From: a virus
Taxonomy: Duplodnaviria > Caudoviricetes
Direction: 5' to 3' (one strand)
IMG/VR virus record: IMGVR_UViG_3300036987_000148
Span: 1-61,471 of that record
DNA: 61,471 nt
Both the position numbers and the translations under genes were made by a program. Each line of letters starts with the position of its first letter. Positions within the stretch are counted from its first letter, which is position 1. The notes under the pieces were generated by a model that saw nothing but the letters and a program-made list of their open reading frames with translations, was not told the origin of the DNA and did no database searches. Shown here piece by piece: positions 28,314 through 40,200 of the stretch.

Positions 28314-30650
28314 TTAACTATCATCTTTTACGGTTTGTTCGAATTTGAACCTAAATAAAGTCATGCGATTTGTTAACTTGGACCGAACCAAAACAAAATA
28401 TTTCTTCCCCAAGGAGGATTGTTCCTTTACTCCCAAGGAAACCGAATTCAGATTTACTTTCTTCGCAGAAGTCAAACCCTCAAGGTCGGATTTCTTCATG
28501 TCAATCTTGATCTGTTCTCTTCTTGGTTTAATCTGCAAAAACTTCTTGAAACTTCTGCTATAATTTTCTTCCTTGAGATTTCTTCCTAATTCCAACTTCT
28601 CCACACTGACAGATCCATCGGACCCAATCTCAATCTCAAAAACAAAGGTAGGATTCGAAATATTCTCAAAGACATCAACAGAACGAAAGATGTAATAAAC
28701 CTTTTGGTCTAACGGTTGATCAATCTCAATAAATCCAGTTTCAGCCCCCTTTACAGGGGAAATTTTGGTTAATTCGGACCTTGAAAAGTCGATATACTGA
28801 AATGGTTTCTGCTCTAGCCGGAACATTTCAAAATGATCGATTGGACCGCTCAAACCAAAGTTAATCGGAAAATCCAAAGAAATTGAATCTCTCTGACTCT
28901 TCAGAACGTTAACGAACTTTTCCAAATCTCCCGGTCTGAATATCTCTGGTATCTCTCGAATCTCTCCAAATCCAGGAGTCAACACAAAGAATCTGCTTTC
29001 TGTCGTTGACGATTTCACAATCTCCACGTTCGGATAAATCGGAGGAAGGGCAGAAACAACCAGAGACTTTTCAAAGAAAGGAACCTCTACCAGATTTATT
29101 TTTGGCTTTAAAGCAACTGTCACGGTTCCTGTCTTATCTTCAACCTTGGTGTTCAGATATTGATATTCAGAAAAGAGAATCAGATTATAGGAGGAAACTG
29201 AATAAAAATATTCTCTTCCGTAAACAACCTGAGTGTCTACAAAATTAACCGCATCGTCCAGGTTCAGAAAGTAGAAATTTCCCAACAGAGAATTCTTTGC
29301 CCTTTCCGGAGTTGAGTATTTTCTGACAACATAAGCAAAGACTTCCGTATGATTTGTTTTTCCTGCCAACATTTCGGCATAGGAGTTAAGTAAAGAGGTT
29401 TCAATCTTCTTCTTTTTGTGTCCGAACAATACTCTCTGAAGTCTTGAACTGAAGTTGTTTGGATCTTCCAACCAAACATCCAAATCCATAACTTTCAAAT
29501 TCTCAAATTGATTACTTACCGATTCCCCCAAAGAGATATCCGTTCGGAAGACTGTTCTCTCTGCGATATCTTCTGCAATATCTTTTTGAATCAAGTGGTT
29601 GAGCAACGTCAGTGAAATATTTGTCTCTTCCAGAATTCTTCCTAATGGTCCACGAGGGGTCAGAGATATCCGAAACTCGTTATAAATCGGAAACATATGC
29701 TTTGTTTCTTGAGAAGGAAGAGTATTTTCTTGAAGGTTGACGTATTTCCGATATTCCTGATTCGATTCCAATTTTAGGGCGCTCTTTGGAATATCTAACA
29801 ATCCCTGATAATAACTGGTTGGATTGCCTTTGATCTGTTCCGGAGCAATTCGATTTCCAAATAGAAGTCTCTTTTTTGATCCTTCGCTCTTTGGTTCTTC
29901 CCCGGAATAGAAATCTCCCCAATCATAAAAACTCAGCAGTCCAGACTCCGAAAATTTTCCCTCTTGAACGATTCGAGTAATCACATTCAAACTTGAATCA
30001 AAAAAGTTGTAAACAGAATCAGCAGATATTAAATTTTGATAGAGGGTATCCTGTGTTGCCTCTTGCGGAAAGAAGGCAAAGAAACTCTTATCTTCAATCA
30101 AACGATCTTTGACAATAAATTCTGGACTAAACAACCTTGCGAACTTGTCTTTGAATTTGATTCGATCTAGAATCCGGAGAATAACTCCCCCTTCATCCGA
30201 AATCAAAGAATCTTCGAAGAAAATCCTCTGAAGATATTGATCCCCAAACTGGAATATCTTCTTGTCGAAACTTATCTTAACCGCTGTCTGTCGCACAGAA
30301 AAATCCGCATGTTCAATTTCTCCGGAGGTCTTGTTCAGGGAATAGAAGCCCCCCAAGAAAAATCGAAACATATCAATATTTTGAGGCACGATATCAACAT
30401 CTATCTCCCCGGCGAGATTTCCGACAAAAGGCACTCCAACTCTTCGAAGATTGTCGATATCGATATCTCTTTCGGTCAACAACCTTCCGTAGTTGTTAAG
30501 ATCCAATACAAGGCTACTGGCAGAATTTCCCCGCAGAGAATTGCGAATTGCATATTCTTGATCTAATTCCTGGGGATCGGGAGTCTCCCGAAGAATCTGA
30601 TTCTCGCTGTTATTAACCGGACCTGCTTTTCGGATAATCTCTGATATCAT
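28314..30650 (-). CDS. Large hypothetical protein, probably structural (possible FN3-like C-terminal segments)
   Basis: 778 aa; FVDTQVVYGREYFYSV and YYIFRSVD..ENISNP resemble FN3 ends. Confidence 0.5.
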   Translation of the reverse strand: MISEIIRKAGPVNNSENQILRETPDPQELDQEYAIRNSLRGNSASSLVLDLNNYGRLLTERDIDIDNLRRVGVPFVGNLAGEIDVDIVPQNIDMFRFFLGGFYSLNKTSGEIEHADFSVRQTAVKISFDKKIFQFGDQYLQRIFFEDSLISDEGGVILRILDRIKFKDKFARLFSPEFIVKDRLIEDKSFFAFFPQEATQDTLYQNLISADSVYNFFDSSLNVITRIVQEGKFSESGLLSFYDWGDFYSGEEPKSEGSKKRLLFGNRIAPEQIKGNPTSYYQGLLDIPKSALKLESNQEYRKYVNLQENTLPSQETKHMFPIYNEFRISLTPRGPLGRILEETNISLTLLNHLIQKDIAEDIAERTVFRTDISLGESVSNQFENLKVMDLDVWLEDPNNFSSRLQRVLFGHKKKKIETSLLNSYAEMLAGKTNHTEVFAYVVRKYSTPERAKNSLLGNFYFLNLDDAVNFVDTQVVYGREYFYSVSSYNLILFSEYQYLNTKVEDKTGTVTVALKPKINLVEVPFFEKSLVVSALPPIYPNVEIVKSSTTESRFFVLTPGFGEIREIPEIFRPGDLEKFVNVLKSQRDSISLDFPINFGLSGPIDHFEMFRLEQKPFQYIDFSRSELTKISPVKGAETGFIEIDQPLDQKVYYIFRSVDVFENISNPTFVFEIEIGSDGSVSVEKLELGRNLKEENYSRSFKKFLQIKPRREQIKIDMKKSDLEGLTSAKKVNLNSVSLGVKEQSSLGKKYFVLVRSKLTNRMTLFRFKFEQTVKDDS

Positions 30651-33280
30651 AAGGCGTTTCTTCTCAAATTATAGGTAGCAGGTTGAACATCTTTTATTGT
30701 TTTTGTCTCCGAAAATTCCCTAATCTTCTCATTGACGGTCGTTTGTTGAGTGAGTTGTTCCCTGTTTGGAAAACTTCTTTCTCCGATCAAATCATCCACA
30801 CTTGAACCAGGAATTTCGAAACTTCGAAGTTTGGTCTTGGGATCTTCTTTGTAAAGGAGAAAGTATCCGTCCAGAACGTAGTCCTGCGTTGCAAATTTAA
30901 TTCTAGAGGCGTTGTCGGAAAGTTTGAATAGTCTGACCAAGCAAATTCCCAACCTCGCTAGAATCGACTGTTTATCAAACAAAATCTTCCAAGAAAAATC
31001 ATCCGGATCAAAATATTGAAGAGTGATGCACTTTCCTACGGTGTTATCATATAGTGTTTCGAAATTAAAGGTTTTCTGCCAATCGATCCTTGTTTGATCT
31101 GGATCAATGGAAGACAAAACAACAGCCTTGACTTGTGGAGGTTTAAACTGCAAATCAGAACCAACCTGATTAAAAATGTTGTTTCTGAAGGCGTTAAAGT
31201 AACTTCTGTCTGTTGGTTTGGGAGTAATCGTGCGAGAATCCACAACAGACTTCGAATTAATCTCAACCATCAATCCGTTCTTTACCTCTTCTTCGGTTGA
31301 GGTTGATGGAGATTCCTTGAGATAAACCAAAGGCGCTGTATCAAATCCCAATTGATTTCTGTCAAACTCCGGAGTCTCTGAGGTTTTCAGGGATTCAATT
31401 CTCGTGCTTCCCTTTTCAACCTCCAGCAAACCCAAGGTGTTGAAATTTTCTTTAATCTTCTCTTGCTCCACCAACTCCAACGCTTCTCTAATGCCTGAGT
31501 TAAGCAATCGTTGATGTTGAGAGTCGGAACTAACCAGATCGAATATAACTTCCTTCTCTCTTATTTTCAATTTTGCAGGCGTCAGATTGACAAGATTCTT
31601 CGAATTAACCTGTTCCACTCCGGTAAATTCTACTTCTCCCATCGTAATCTGAAATTCTGGATTCTCCTTCGGGAAATATTTCAGAATTTCATCCTTGAGA
31701 ACATTTTCGAATTCTTTAAGAGATATTCTTCCCTCTTCCAGTTTGTTTTCCTGAAAGTATCCTAGTTTCTTTGCCCGCGAATATTCGAAAGAATCAGCAA
31801 AACCATCCAGTGTTTTTTCGTATTCAAACAGATTTGATTTTCTTTTCACGAAAACAGAATCGTTGAGATTGATCCCTGGAATAGATACGTTGAACTTTTC
31901 ATCCACGAAGGATAAGACTTCGGAAATTTCTCTCAGCACAAAATCTAACGAATCCGAAGTAGATTCCAAAGGATCTACGAAAAGAATTAACTGATTCAGA
32001 AATTGATCCAAATCAATATCTAGGTTCAATTTCCTCAGTAATTCCAAATAAGAGTTTAGATATCTGGCTTTCACTAAGAATGCAAGTTCAACCTTCTCGG
32101 CATCTGCCTTCTTCTCTTTTGGAAGGTTTTCTTTGAAAGAGCGAAGGAATTCCAGGTGTCTTTTCCAATCAGAAACCGCTTCGAAGTGTTGTGCTAGTGT
32201 TTTGTCCTGTTCAACGGACAACCCTAACCGAATCTGATATTCGTATTGACCAAAATTAAAACTCCCAACTTCCATGTCGGATAGAAGGAATAGACGATAT
32301 CTCGGGGATTTCCAAGGAATCTCTTCCATTTGGAATTTATCGGAAACATACTTCCTCAGAAAAAAGTCTTCCTCTTTTGCGGTACCCATTAATTCCGAAG
32401 AGTTATTCTCGAATTTGATTCCCTTTCTCTTCCGGAAGACATCCAAAGAATTAATCTTTGTCTTTCCCGAAACACCCAGGCTATATTGAGAAAAATCATC
32501 CAGAGATTGTCTGTCAAGAAGAACAAAGAGGTTGAACTTCCCGTCATTAGTAAAGGTAGAGAAAACCTCAAAAGACACATCTTTTATCGATTCCTGAGCC
32601 TTTTCCGAAACCTGGGAAATTGCTTTCAGTATTTTGCTTCGCTCTGTCTTTGTTTTTTCTTTAGGAAATTCAAACCGATAATCCTGAACTTTGCGATTCT
32701 GAACCTTTTCTCTTTGCAGAAGCACGGGAACCTTCTCAACCGAGAAAAATTCTGCTTCATTCTCTCCCTGGCGAATCGGACCATTCCAGATATTATCAAA
32801 GGAATCCAAATAGATAAAGGTGCTACTGGAAACCAAACCAGATTCAATCAGAAAATCTTCGCTCTTTTTGAAATCAACAATCTCTTTGATATCTTCGGTG
32901 GTTAAATCCGAGAAATCCGAATGTCCTGAATTGTTGCCAATCGCACGAAGACTCAAATCTGTTTCAAGGATCAATTCCATAGGATTCTTTTTTATCTCTG
33001 CCCGAAATTCTGTTGCGTACTTCCGCATAATGCGATTTCCAGAGGCTTGTTGATCGACCAATTTAAACAGAGGAAACGGAATTCTCTTTTCTTGATTAAC
33101 CTTATCGACAATCAGATTTGTCTCAATTTGAAGAGAGACTTTCATGATTTCCTCAAAAAAATCAATCTCATCCGATACATCAAAGTCCAGAAGGAAATCG
33201 ATAGAACAGAATAGGACATCCCTATCGGAATTCAAATTCAATAATTTGGCAGATCCCAATCCGGTTCTAACAGAAATCAT
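30647..33280 (-). CDS. Large hypothetical protein in the tail module
   Basis: 877-aa ORF, ATGA-coupled on both sides. Confidence 0.55.
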   Translation of the reverse strand: MISVRTGLGSAKLLNLNSDRDVLFCSIDFLLDFDVSDEIDFFEEIMKVSLQIETNLIVDKVNQEKRIPFPLFKLVDQQASGNRIMRKYATEFRAEIKKNPMELILETDLSLRAIGNNSGHSDFSDLTTEDIKEIVDFKKSEDFLIESGLVSSSTFIYLDSFDNIWNGPIRQGENEAEFFSVEKVPVLLQREKVQNRKVQDYRFEFPKEKTKTERSKILKAISQVSEKAQESIKDVSFEVFSTFTNDGKFNLFVLLDRQSLDDFSQYSLGVSGKTKINSLDVFRKRKGIKFENNSSELMGTAKEEDFFLRKYVSDKFQMEEIPWKSPRYRLFLLSDMEVGSFNFGQYEYQIRLGLSVEQDKTLAQHFEAVSDWKRHLEFLRSFKENLPKEKKADAEKVELAFLVKARYLNSYLELLRKLNLDIDLDQFLNQLILFVDPLESTSDSLDFVLREISEVLSFVDEKFNVSIPGINLNDSVFVKRKSNLFEYEKTLDGFADSFEYSRAKKLGYFQENKLEEGRISLKEFENVLKDEILKYFPKENPEFQITMGEVEFTGVEQVNSKNLVNLTPAKLKIREKEVIFDLVSSDSQHQRLLNSGIREALELVEQEKIKENFNTLGLLEVEKGSTRIESLKTSETPEFDRNQLGFDTAPLVYLKESPSTSTEEEVKNGLMVEINSKSVVDSRTITPKPTDRSYFNAFRNNIFNQVGSDLQFKPPQVKAVVLSSIDPDQTRIDWQKTFNFETLYDNTVGKCITLQYFDPDDFSWKILFDKQSILARLGICLVRLFKLSDNASRIKFATQDYVLDGYFLLYKEDPKTKLRSFEIPGSSVDDLIGERSFPNREQLTQQTTVNEKIREFSETKTIKDVQPATYNLRRNAL

Positions 33281-34269
33281 TCACATTTCTCCCGCACTTC
33301 TTCCGGTTTAACTTTACTGCGATAGATATCGGGTTTCCGAATCATTGGAACTTTCTCTTTGCAGGGAAGAATTCGACTTAGGAAACCAGAATGCAGTTCC
33401 TTCTTATAAGTATCACAGAGAATCTTCTTTGCTCTTTCATCAACCTCTCCGTCCGAAAGGAATTCAAAGTAGTAATCGGCAAAGGAAGAATCCCGAGCAA
33501 TCAGTTTTGCATCTTCAACTTTTTTGAGAATTGCTCTGTCGTCAACGATTAGTTTCCCTTCGACGACATAATTTTCCTCTTCCAGAAGTTTTAGAAGGGC
33601 TGGAATATCTTCTTCTCCTTGATACTCCCCGACAAAATATTCAAAGTGTTCGGTAACATCTCCTACATTTTTCTCAGAGAAGTCCAAAAGAATGAAGTCG
33701 TCTTCAACTATAATTGCAGAGTCGTCAGAGAAAACAACCGCGTTGTCAAGAATTTCTTCAAGATTCTTCTCTTTTCTTGCCTTTTCGAAGGAAATCTCTT
33801 TCGAAATAACGACATCCCGAACTCCCAAATCGAAATTCAGCAGCGATTTATTCTCAAAATTAGAGTCCTGGTCTTCCAGCGGTTCAGATTCTTCCAAAGT
33901 CATTCCGGATCCTTTGAGAGATTTGATCAACCAAGAAGGAGCATAAAGTTCAGAACTTTTCGTGGAACCAATCAAACCTAGATTATTCAGGGAAAACAGA
34001 CTATTATACTCAAAATTTTCTTCCTTGAATACATCCTCATAACCTCGATAGGAATCAACAGCGTTCTCTTTTAATCTTGGAGCAGAAAGGATATGATCTT
34101 CGAGTTGACTTTGGCTAACCTCTATGCCTGAATATCTCAGGTCATATTGGACATCATCATCAACAAAAGAAAAGAATTTAGGATCAAACTTCCCTTGAGA
34201 TAATTTTCTTTTACCATGTTTCGAAAGGACAACTTCATAGACTTCTTCCTTTGTGTTTAAAAATGTCAT
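33277..34269 (-). CDS. Structural protein, paralog of 27385-28278
   Basis: MTFLNTKEEV..VVLSKHGKRKLSQGKF....FSFVDDDVQYD. Confidence 0.55.
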   Translation of the reverse strand: MTFLNTKEEVYEVVLSKHGKRKLSQGKFDPKFFSFVDDDVQYDLRYSGIEVSQSQLEDHILSAPRLKENAVDSYRGYEDVFKEENFEYNSLFSLNNLGLIGSTKSSELYAPSWLIKSLKGSGMTLEESEPLEDQDSNFENKSLLNFDLGVRDVVISKEISFEKARKEKNLEEILDNAVVFSDDSAIIVEDDFILLDFSEKNVGDVTEHFEYFVGEYQGEEDIPALLKLLEEENYVVEGKLIVDDRAILKKVEDAKLIARDSSFADYYFEFLSDGEVDERAKKILCDTYKKELHSGFLSRILPCKEKVPMIRKPDIYRSKVKPEEVREKCE

Positions 34270-34272
34270 TGC

Positions 34273-37200
34273 TTAAATCCTAATCTTTGGAATTTTCGTT
34301 CTAACATTTGACTTGATTTCTCGTTGAACGCCTGGGGAAAGGTCGGCAAAATTCCGAACAGTTACTCCAGGAATCGGTGTTCTCGGAACAGTGGTCAAAG
34401 GAATTGATGTCAGTTCTCTAAGATTCGAACCTTCAGAAATTGTTACTTCTTCTGAAGATTCTTCCTTTTCTCTCAATCCCAAACCAACCTCAATCTTGGC
34501 ATATTCCACCAATGAACAAAAATCGTAAGGATAATTGTAACTATACTCAGGTTTTCTTTCTCCACCGACCTTGAAATCAAACCTAAACCGATTATCATCC
34601 TTGCTGTCGGCGGTCAGATTGTAATAACTCTTCTCGCCCTTCTGTTTAACCTTAAAGACCAACCAGCGAATATCTTCGGGAATCTTCTTTCCATGGAAAA
34701 ATTCTGAAGCGTTCAAGGGGTGAACAATCTCAGATTCTTCCTTTTCTGCCCTTCTTGCAGGCTTAGGCATCAGACCTTGCCAAATATTTGATAGGTCTTC
34801 CTTATCTAGAAGTGTAGAGAATTCCGTGATATACATAACAAAAGGTTGATTCTCTCTAAGATAATCATAAGTTAGGAAATCAAACTCCGGAGGAAAAACA
34901 TATTTCTCCATCTTCTCAAGAAGGTTGGTTATTGATGTTCCGTAAATCTCTTTTGATTGACCAACTTCTCCCGGTTTAATTATCGGCTCTTTCTTCTCTT
35001 TGCGAGCCTTCTGTTGCTGTAGTGCGTCCTTATTGATTTTGAAGAAATATCGGTTTCCAAATTTGGTTGTATCTGCCTCTTCCTTCGTTGAAGGTCTATC
35101 CAAGAAAGGAATAGCAACAACAGCCTCTTTGATTTCCTTGTTAGGTGCTACTTCTCCCAACCTTCTTACAACAGGCTGGAAACCGCATACAGACAACAGA
35201 GAACCGGTTCCTGCTTGTGCCGATGCTTCTGCCGTTGCCCTGTTCTTGAAGGATTCTTCTACTGACAAATAGATTCCTCTTGAAGAGGTAAATTCATTTC
35301 CGTAGTTGATCCACATACCGTATGGACCTCTGCCAGATTCTTTCGAAACATCATTAAAATCAAAAACTGGAGTTTCCATTCTCGGATAGATCGCCCAAGA
35401 ATCAAAACTGGAATTTGAAGGTTCTCTCAGGCTGGTTGGGTTAAATCCGGTTCCATCGAATTGAGTTTCTTTCTGTTTGGTTATTCCGAAGATATTGACA
35501 GAAGAAGTCACTGACATCGCAGAACGCAGCGCAGGTTGTGAGATTATATCTGATAACTCAAAAGGTTCCCCTGTATTGTCCCCGAAGGTTCCGGAACTTT
35601 CACAGAACAATCTTGCAGCATCCAAAGCCTTAAGATTCAATTCATCATGAACAATCTCCACGTTTAACCCTGCCAGAATCTCGTTCAGAGAATATCTTCG
35701 GTTTTCTATCGGAGTAAATGACAGTCTTGCGATTGATTTCCCGTAGAAATATGGGGGAGCATAAGGAGCATAGGCAGGATCGGCAACTGCCGAATCTGTG
35801 TCCGCGCAATTAATGGGACGATCCAAAGGATTTGTTCCTCCGGGAACAAAATTAACCGCAGGACCAAAATATCTTCCGTTGTAACTTCCTGAAAAATCAG
35901 TTGGACTGAAGACTTGATTTCCTTCTTTCGAATTCAAACACACATCCATATAATAGGTTGTGTTCGCATCCATTGACAAAAACTCACCTTCTTTCTTAGA
36001 TAGAATCGTCGTCAATCCACTATTTTTCAGGAAGAACTTCGGAAGTTCACCAAAGAAATTTTGAACAGCAAGATCATAGAGGAAAGATTCCTTTTCTCCG
36101 TTCCAAACAAAATAAGGATATCTAGTGCTGTCAACCTCTTCAGGATCGGCATAAGTGTACCAAGAAGGAGTCAGAAGATAGATTCTTTCTGCTTCACTTG
36201 TGGTATCTGTTGTATGCGGAATGTAGTTATCCAAATTCAGAACTGTCTCAAAAGGAATTCTGAAGTTTGGAGAATTCTGAATCAATCCAACTGTATTTGT
36301 GTTGACTGAAACAATCTCCGCATATTCAGGATTAAACTTCAGAACTTCCCGTTCTTCTGTTGGTTCCAGAGCGTTGCGAATTGTGACATCAACAGCACCC
36401 AAACCTTCTCCCATCCTCCACCAAGTTGCGCAATTTTGCAAAGGAAGATTGAATCTGGTTTGGGAGATATCTCCCGGTGTTCCTCGATTGTAAAGGGATT
36501 GAATATGAGCATCGGTTAATGGAGTATTCCAGATTGAGATTTCGTCCAGAGTTCCGTATTCTAGAAATTCATCTCCGACCGCACTCTTAAAACCGGTCGA
36601 TTGGATATAAAAGAAGTCGCTTCCAACGGAACCAGTATTTAATTCAGTAATTTCGCCACCAGTAAAACTCTTTGATATTGAATCGTCAGGAATTCTTTCT
36701 CCTTCAAAATACAATCTAAGTCGATCTGCTGAAGAGGTTGGTTCACTCAAATCAAAAGAAAAGGCAAAATGGTTCAATTTATCGTCGTCTAAATTCTTCT
36801 CTAATTTAAGATCGGAAAAGGGAATTCGAGCAGTATAGGTGTGAAAATTACTAGTTGGATCTTCGTTCTGAAAAACTACAATAAACTTAAGAACATCCGT
36901 ACCATCAAAAATTTCTCTGCGTATATTTCCTCTATATCCAAAATTTCCAACATCGGCAAAACTAAACCAATCAAACCCAAAGTAATTCAATACATTTTCT
37001 AATTCTGTGTTTTGCATGAACTTTGTACCGGCAAACCAAAACGACATTCCGACATCCTGAGACATCGTTAACATAGTTCCGGCTTCGTATGATGCCGTTG
37101 CAACAGAATGTGCCCAAGAAAAATCCACCGAAGGAGTCTCAGGGTGCATCTTCAATCCCTTATAGGAAAATGGTTGAACAGTCTCAAGAACATTCGTGCT

Positions 37201-40200
37201 TCCTATATATGCTGCCCAATCACAGGCAATACCAGACTTTACGGTATTGTAAATGATTCCAGGGGCATAGAAAGGCTGTAGAAGTGCTTGCATTTTCCAT
37301 TGATCCTGTTGTTCCAAAGAATTCGTCAAGACCGTAGGAGTCTCTGAATAACCAGAGATATTGGGACCATAAGAAGAAGAAAACAGCGTTGCCAACTGAA
37401 CGGTTCTCTGCATCGGATAGAATCCGTTATGCGGCAGCAACTTCTTCAATGCAGAGCATTTCAGACGAAAAACTTCTTGCTTCAGGTTTGGATTGTCTTC
37501 CTGCAATTCCTCAACACCCGAAAGAGAATCAGAATGCCCATGATAATTGAAAAATTGTGCATTCTCTCTGCCACTAAAACCGCTAGAAGTCACAACAGCA
37601 GAACCCTCAAGTCTGAATTTATCAGCAAGAGAAGCCCGGAAATCCCCGCCTTTTTCCTCGACATAATAAGGAATCAAATCCGAAATTCTGAACTCCGGAA
37701 TAATGCCGTATCCCTGCGCAAGAGGCAGTAGATCCTGAACAAATTCAGAATATTCGTCAAACCAAGGTGCCAAACCGGATTCCAAACCCGCCATCCAATC
37801 AGGCATTCCATCCTCAGAAGTCTCAGGGAAATTAATCCGATTGAATTCCGAGAAGAGAATTGATGCGGTTGCAGGAAGGAAATAGGTAATGTCATGTCCG
37901 GTGAATGCCCGATAACCAAATCCATAGTTATTCAATTCTCCACCAATGCCTCTACCGACAGAATTATCACTTCCAGAGGCATCCAATTGCCAAACACTAT
38001 TTCGGAAATCTGCTTTTCCAACAGCATTAATTGTTCCTGGGTAGGTTCTTCCCCTGTCTTGTCTTGTTTCGTCCCAAATTTTTCTATGTGTCTGTCGATC
38101 AAAACCATTATCTCCGGTTCCAACGACCTCATCATAATTCTTCTTATATCTAACCTTGGAATTTCCAACCAGAGATGCCTTTGGATAGATATTTCTAGCA
38201 TAATCAATGAAAACAAGATTTTTGTACTCATCGTCCTTCTTATCAACCAAAGAATTTCGAAGATTTGCATAGACCTCTGGTTTTTCTATCTTCTTCATTG
38301 CCAGAGCATTGTTGATCAATGCGTTCGAAAAATACGAAATTTCCGAATCATAAGGAAGGGTTACTTCAAGTTCTTTCTCTTTTTGGGGAGAACCCAAGAT
38401 CATCTTCAGAGATTTGAACCAGGAAACCGGAGATTCATCATAGGAAGAGGTTGTTTGCCCCTTGTGAGAAATATTTCTGTATGTCTTCCCATTCAGAACA
38501 AACTCAGTTTCTTTTGGAGGATCCATTAGTTTGATCATGCTTGGTTCCCTCGCAACATTGGCAACGGACAAAGAAGAGATTCTTGTTTGCATCCAAGAGG
38601 TAAACGGTTTTGTCTTGTCAATCAGATCCATTTCTGCATCGTTGGCAAGATGAGAATCTAATTCTGCCGAAGAAGAAACAGAAGAACTCACCCAGGCATA
38701 TTGCCTATCGCTTCGTGGAATTGAATGCTGAACGAACAGGTTATCATAAAACACCCGATTTCGATCCTGAACGTATTTGGGATTCCGATTCGTCTTGTGA
38801 AACGACGCGGTTTCTCCAATTGTACTTTCTCCGAATAAATCGCAATGTGCTTGAGATTTCTTGTTCAGATCCTTGCGCGATAGCAGATTCCTGAAATTCA
38901 TGGAGTTATACGGAGAATATTCAGCAGAAGCCCTATCTGCATATTCCTCTGTCGAAAAATCCAAAGCACCCGGCGAAGAGAATTTATTGACAAAGACATT
39001 CTCTCTCTTGGGACGAACAACCTTTGTAAAATTGGTCTTCTGAGGATATACCACAGGTTCAGGCAAAGAAGCATAACTGGAATTTCTCTGAACAAAATCT
39101 AGATTATGTTCTTTTCTGCCCGACAAACAAACAGACTCATAGCGGGTTTTATCGCTCTCTTTGGAACCATGAATGGTAAAAGGAATGATTGAATCTTCCA
39201 GAGTCTCAATAATTTCTCCTTCAAATTCTCCCATCTCGATTACACCGCTCATATCGGGATCTTTGAATTCAATTGTCGGGAACTTATGAACGATCTTGTT
39301 TCTTTCCAGGACGTGAGATTCGATTGTTGTTCCTTTTGCTTCGATCATGTTTGCGCTAGCAGGAACCAACTGTCCTAAAGCGAAAAGGATATTCGAGTCA
39401 ATCCACTTGTAAAATTCTACATATCTTTCCACCGAAGAAACACTTTCAACCTTCTGGAAGAATAGAGTCTTCAGAACATCCAATTTTTTGTAGGAGTACC
39501 GGTACTTATTGATTGGTTCGCCTATCAGATTGTTGAAATCAACAATTCCGGCAAACCATTTCAGCATTTCCTGGCTAATCGAATGCCAGGGAGATTTTTC
39601 AAACAAAAAGGTGAAATCCCCGGAAGCAAACTTGGATTTGTTTCCAATCAATGTTTCGGAATGGTCAGATATCTCAACGGTATCAAAGGTTCCTAATTCA
39701 TCAGGACGATTCAAAGACAGACAGGAATAATATTCTGTTCCAATCACATTGTCTGAATCACTTACCTTAAATCCAATTCCCTTTCCGGAATAATGAGATT
39801 CCAGATAACCATCGGAAGAACCACTAGAAATATCAACAACCTCAAACTGTCCGGTTGCATCGCTTCCAGAAACAATCTCAAAATTCCAATGCAGTAATTT
39901 CGAATCGCAATTTGGAATTTCCTTCCCATTCAGAAGGGAAAGGATGGGATTAATCCGCGAAGGATGAAGATGCCCAAAATTCTCTGTCTTTGCGATTTCC
40001 CTTAAATTTTCATCCGAAAGAGAATCCAACCAGAATCCAACCTCTCCGATTTGAATGTCAGACTTCAGAATAGCAGAACCGGTTAGATTATCTTTTCTTG
40101 CTCCGACATAAACCCGAGGACCAATGGTATCGCTAAAAAGAGGAACATAAGAAGAACTAAGTTCCGAAATCGTGATTCTTTCCTCTTCTTGCAGAATGTC

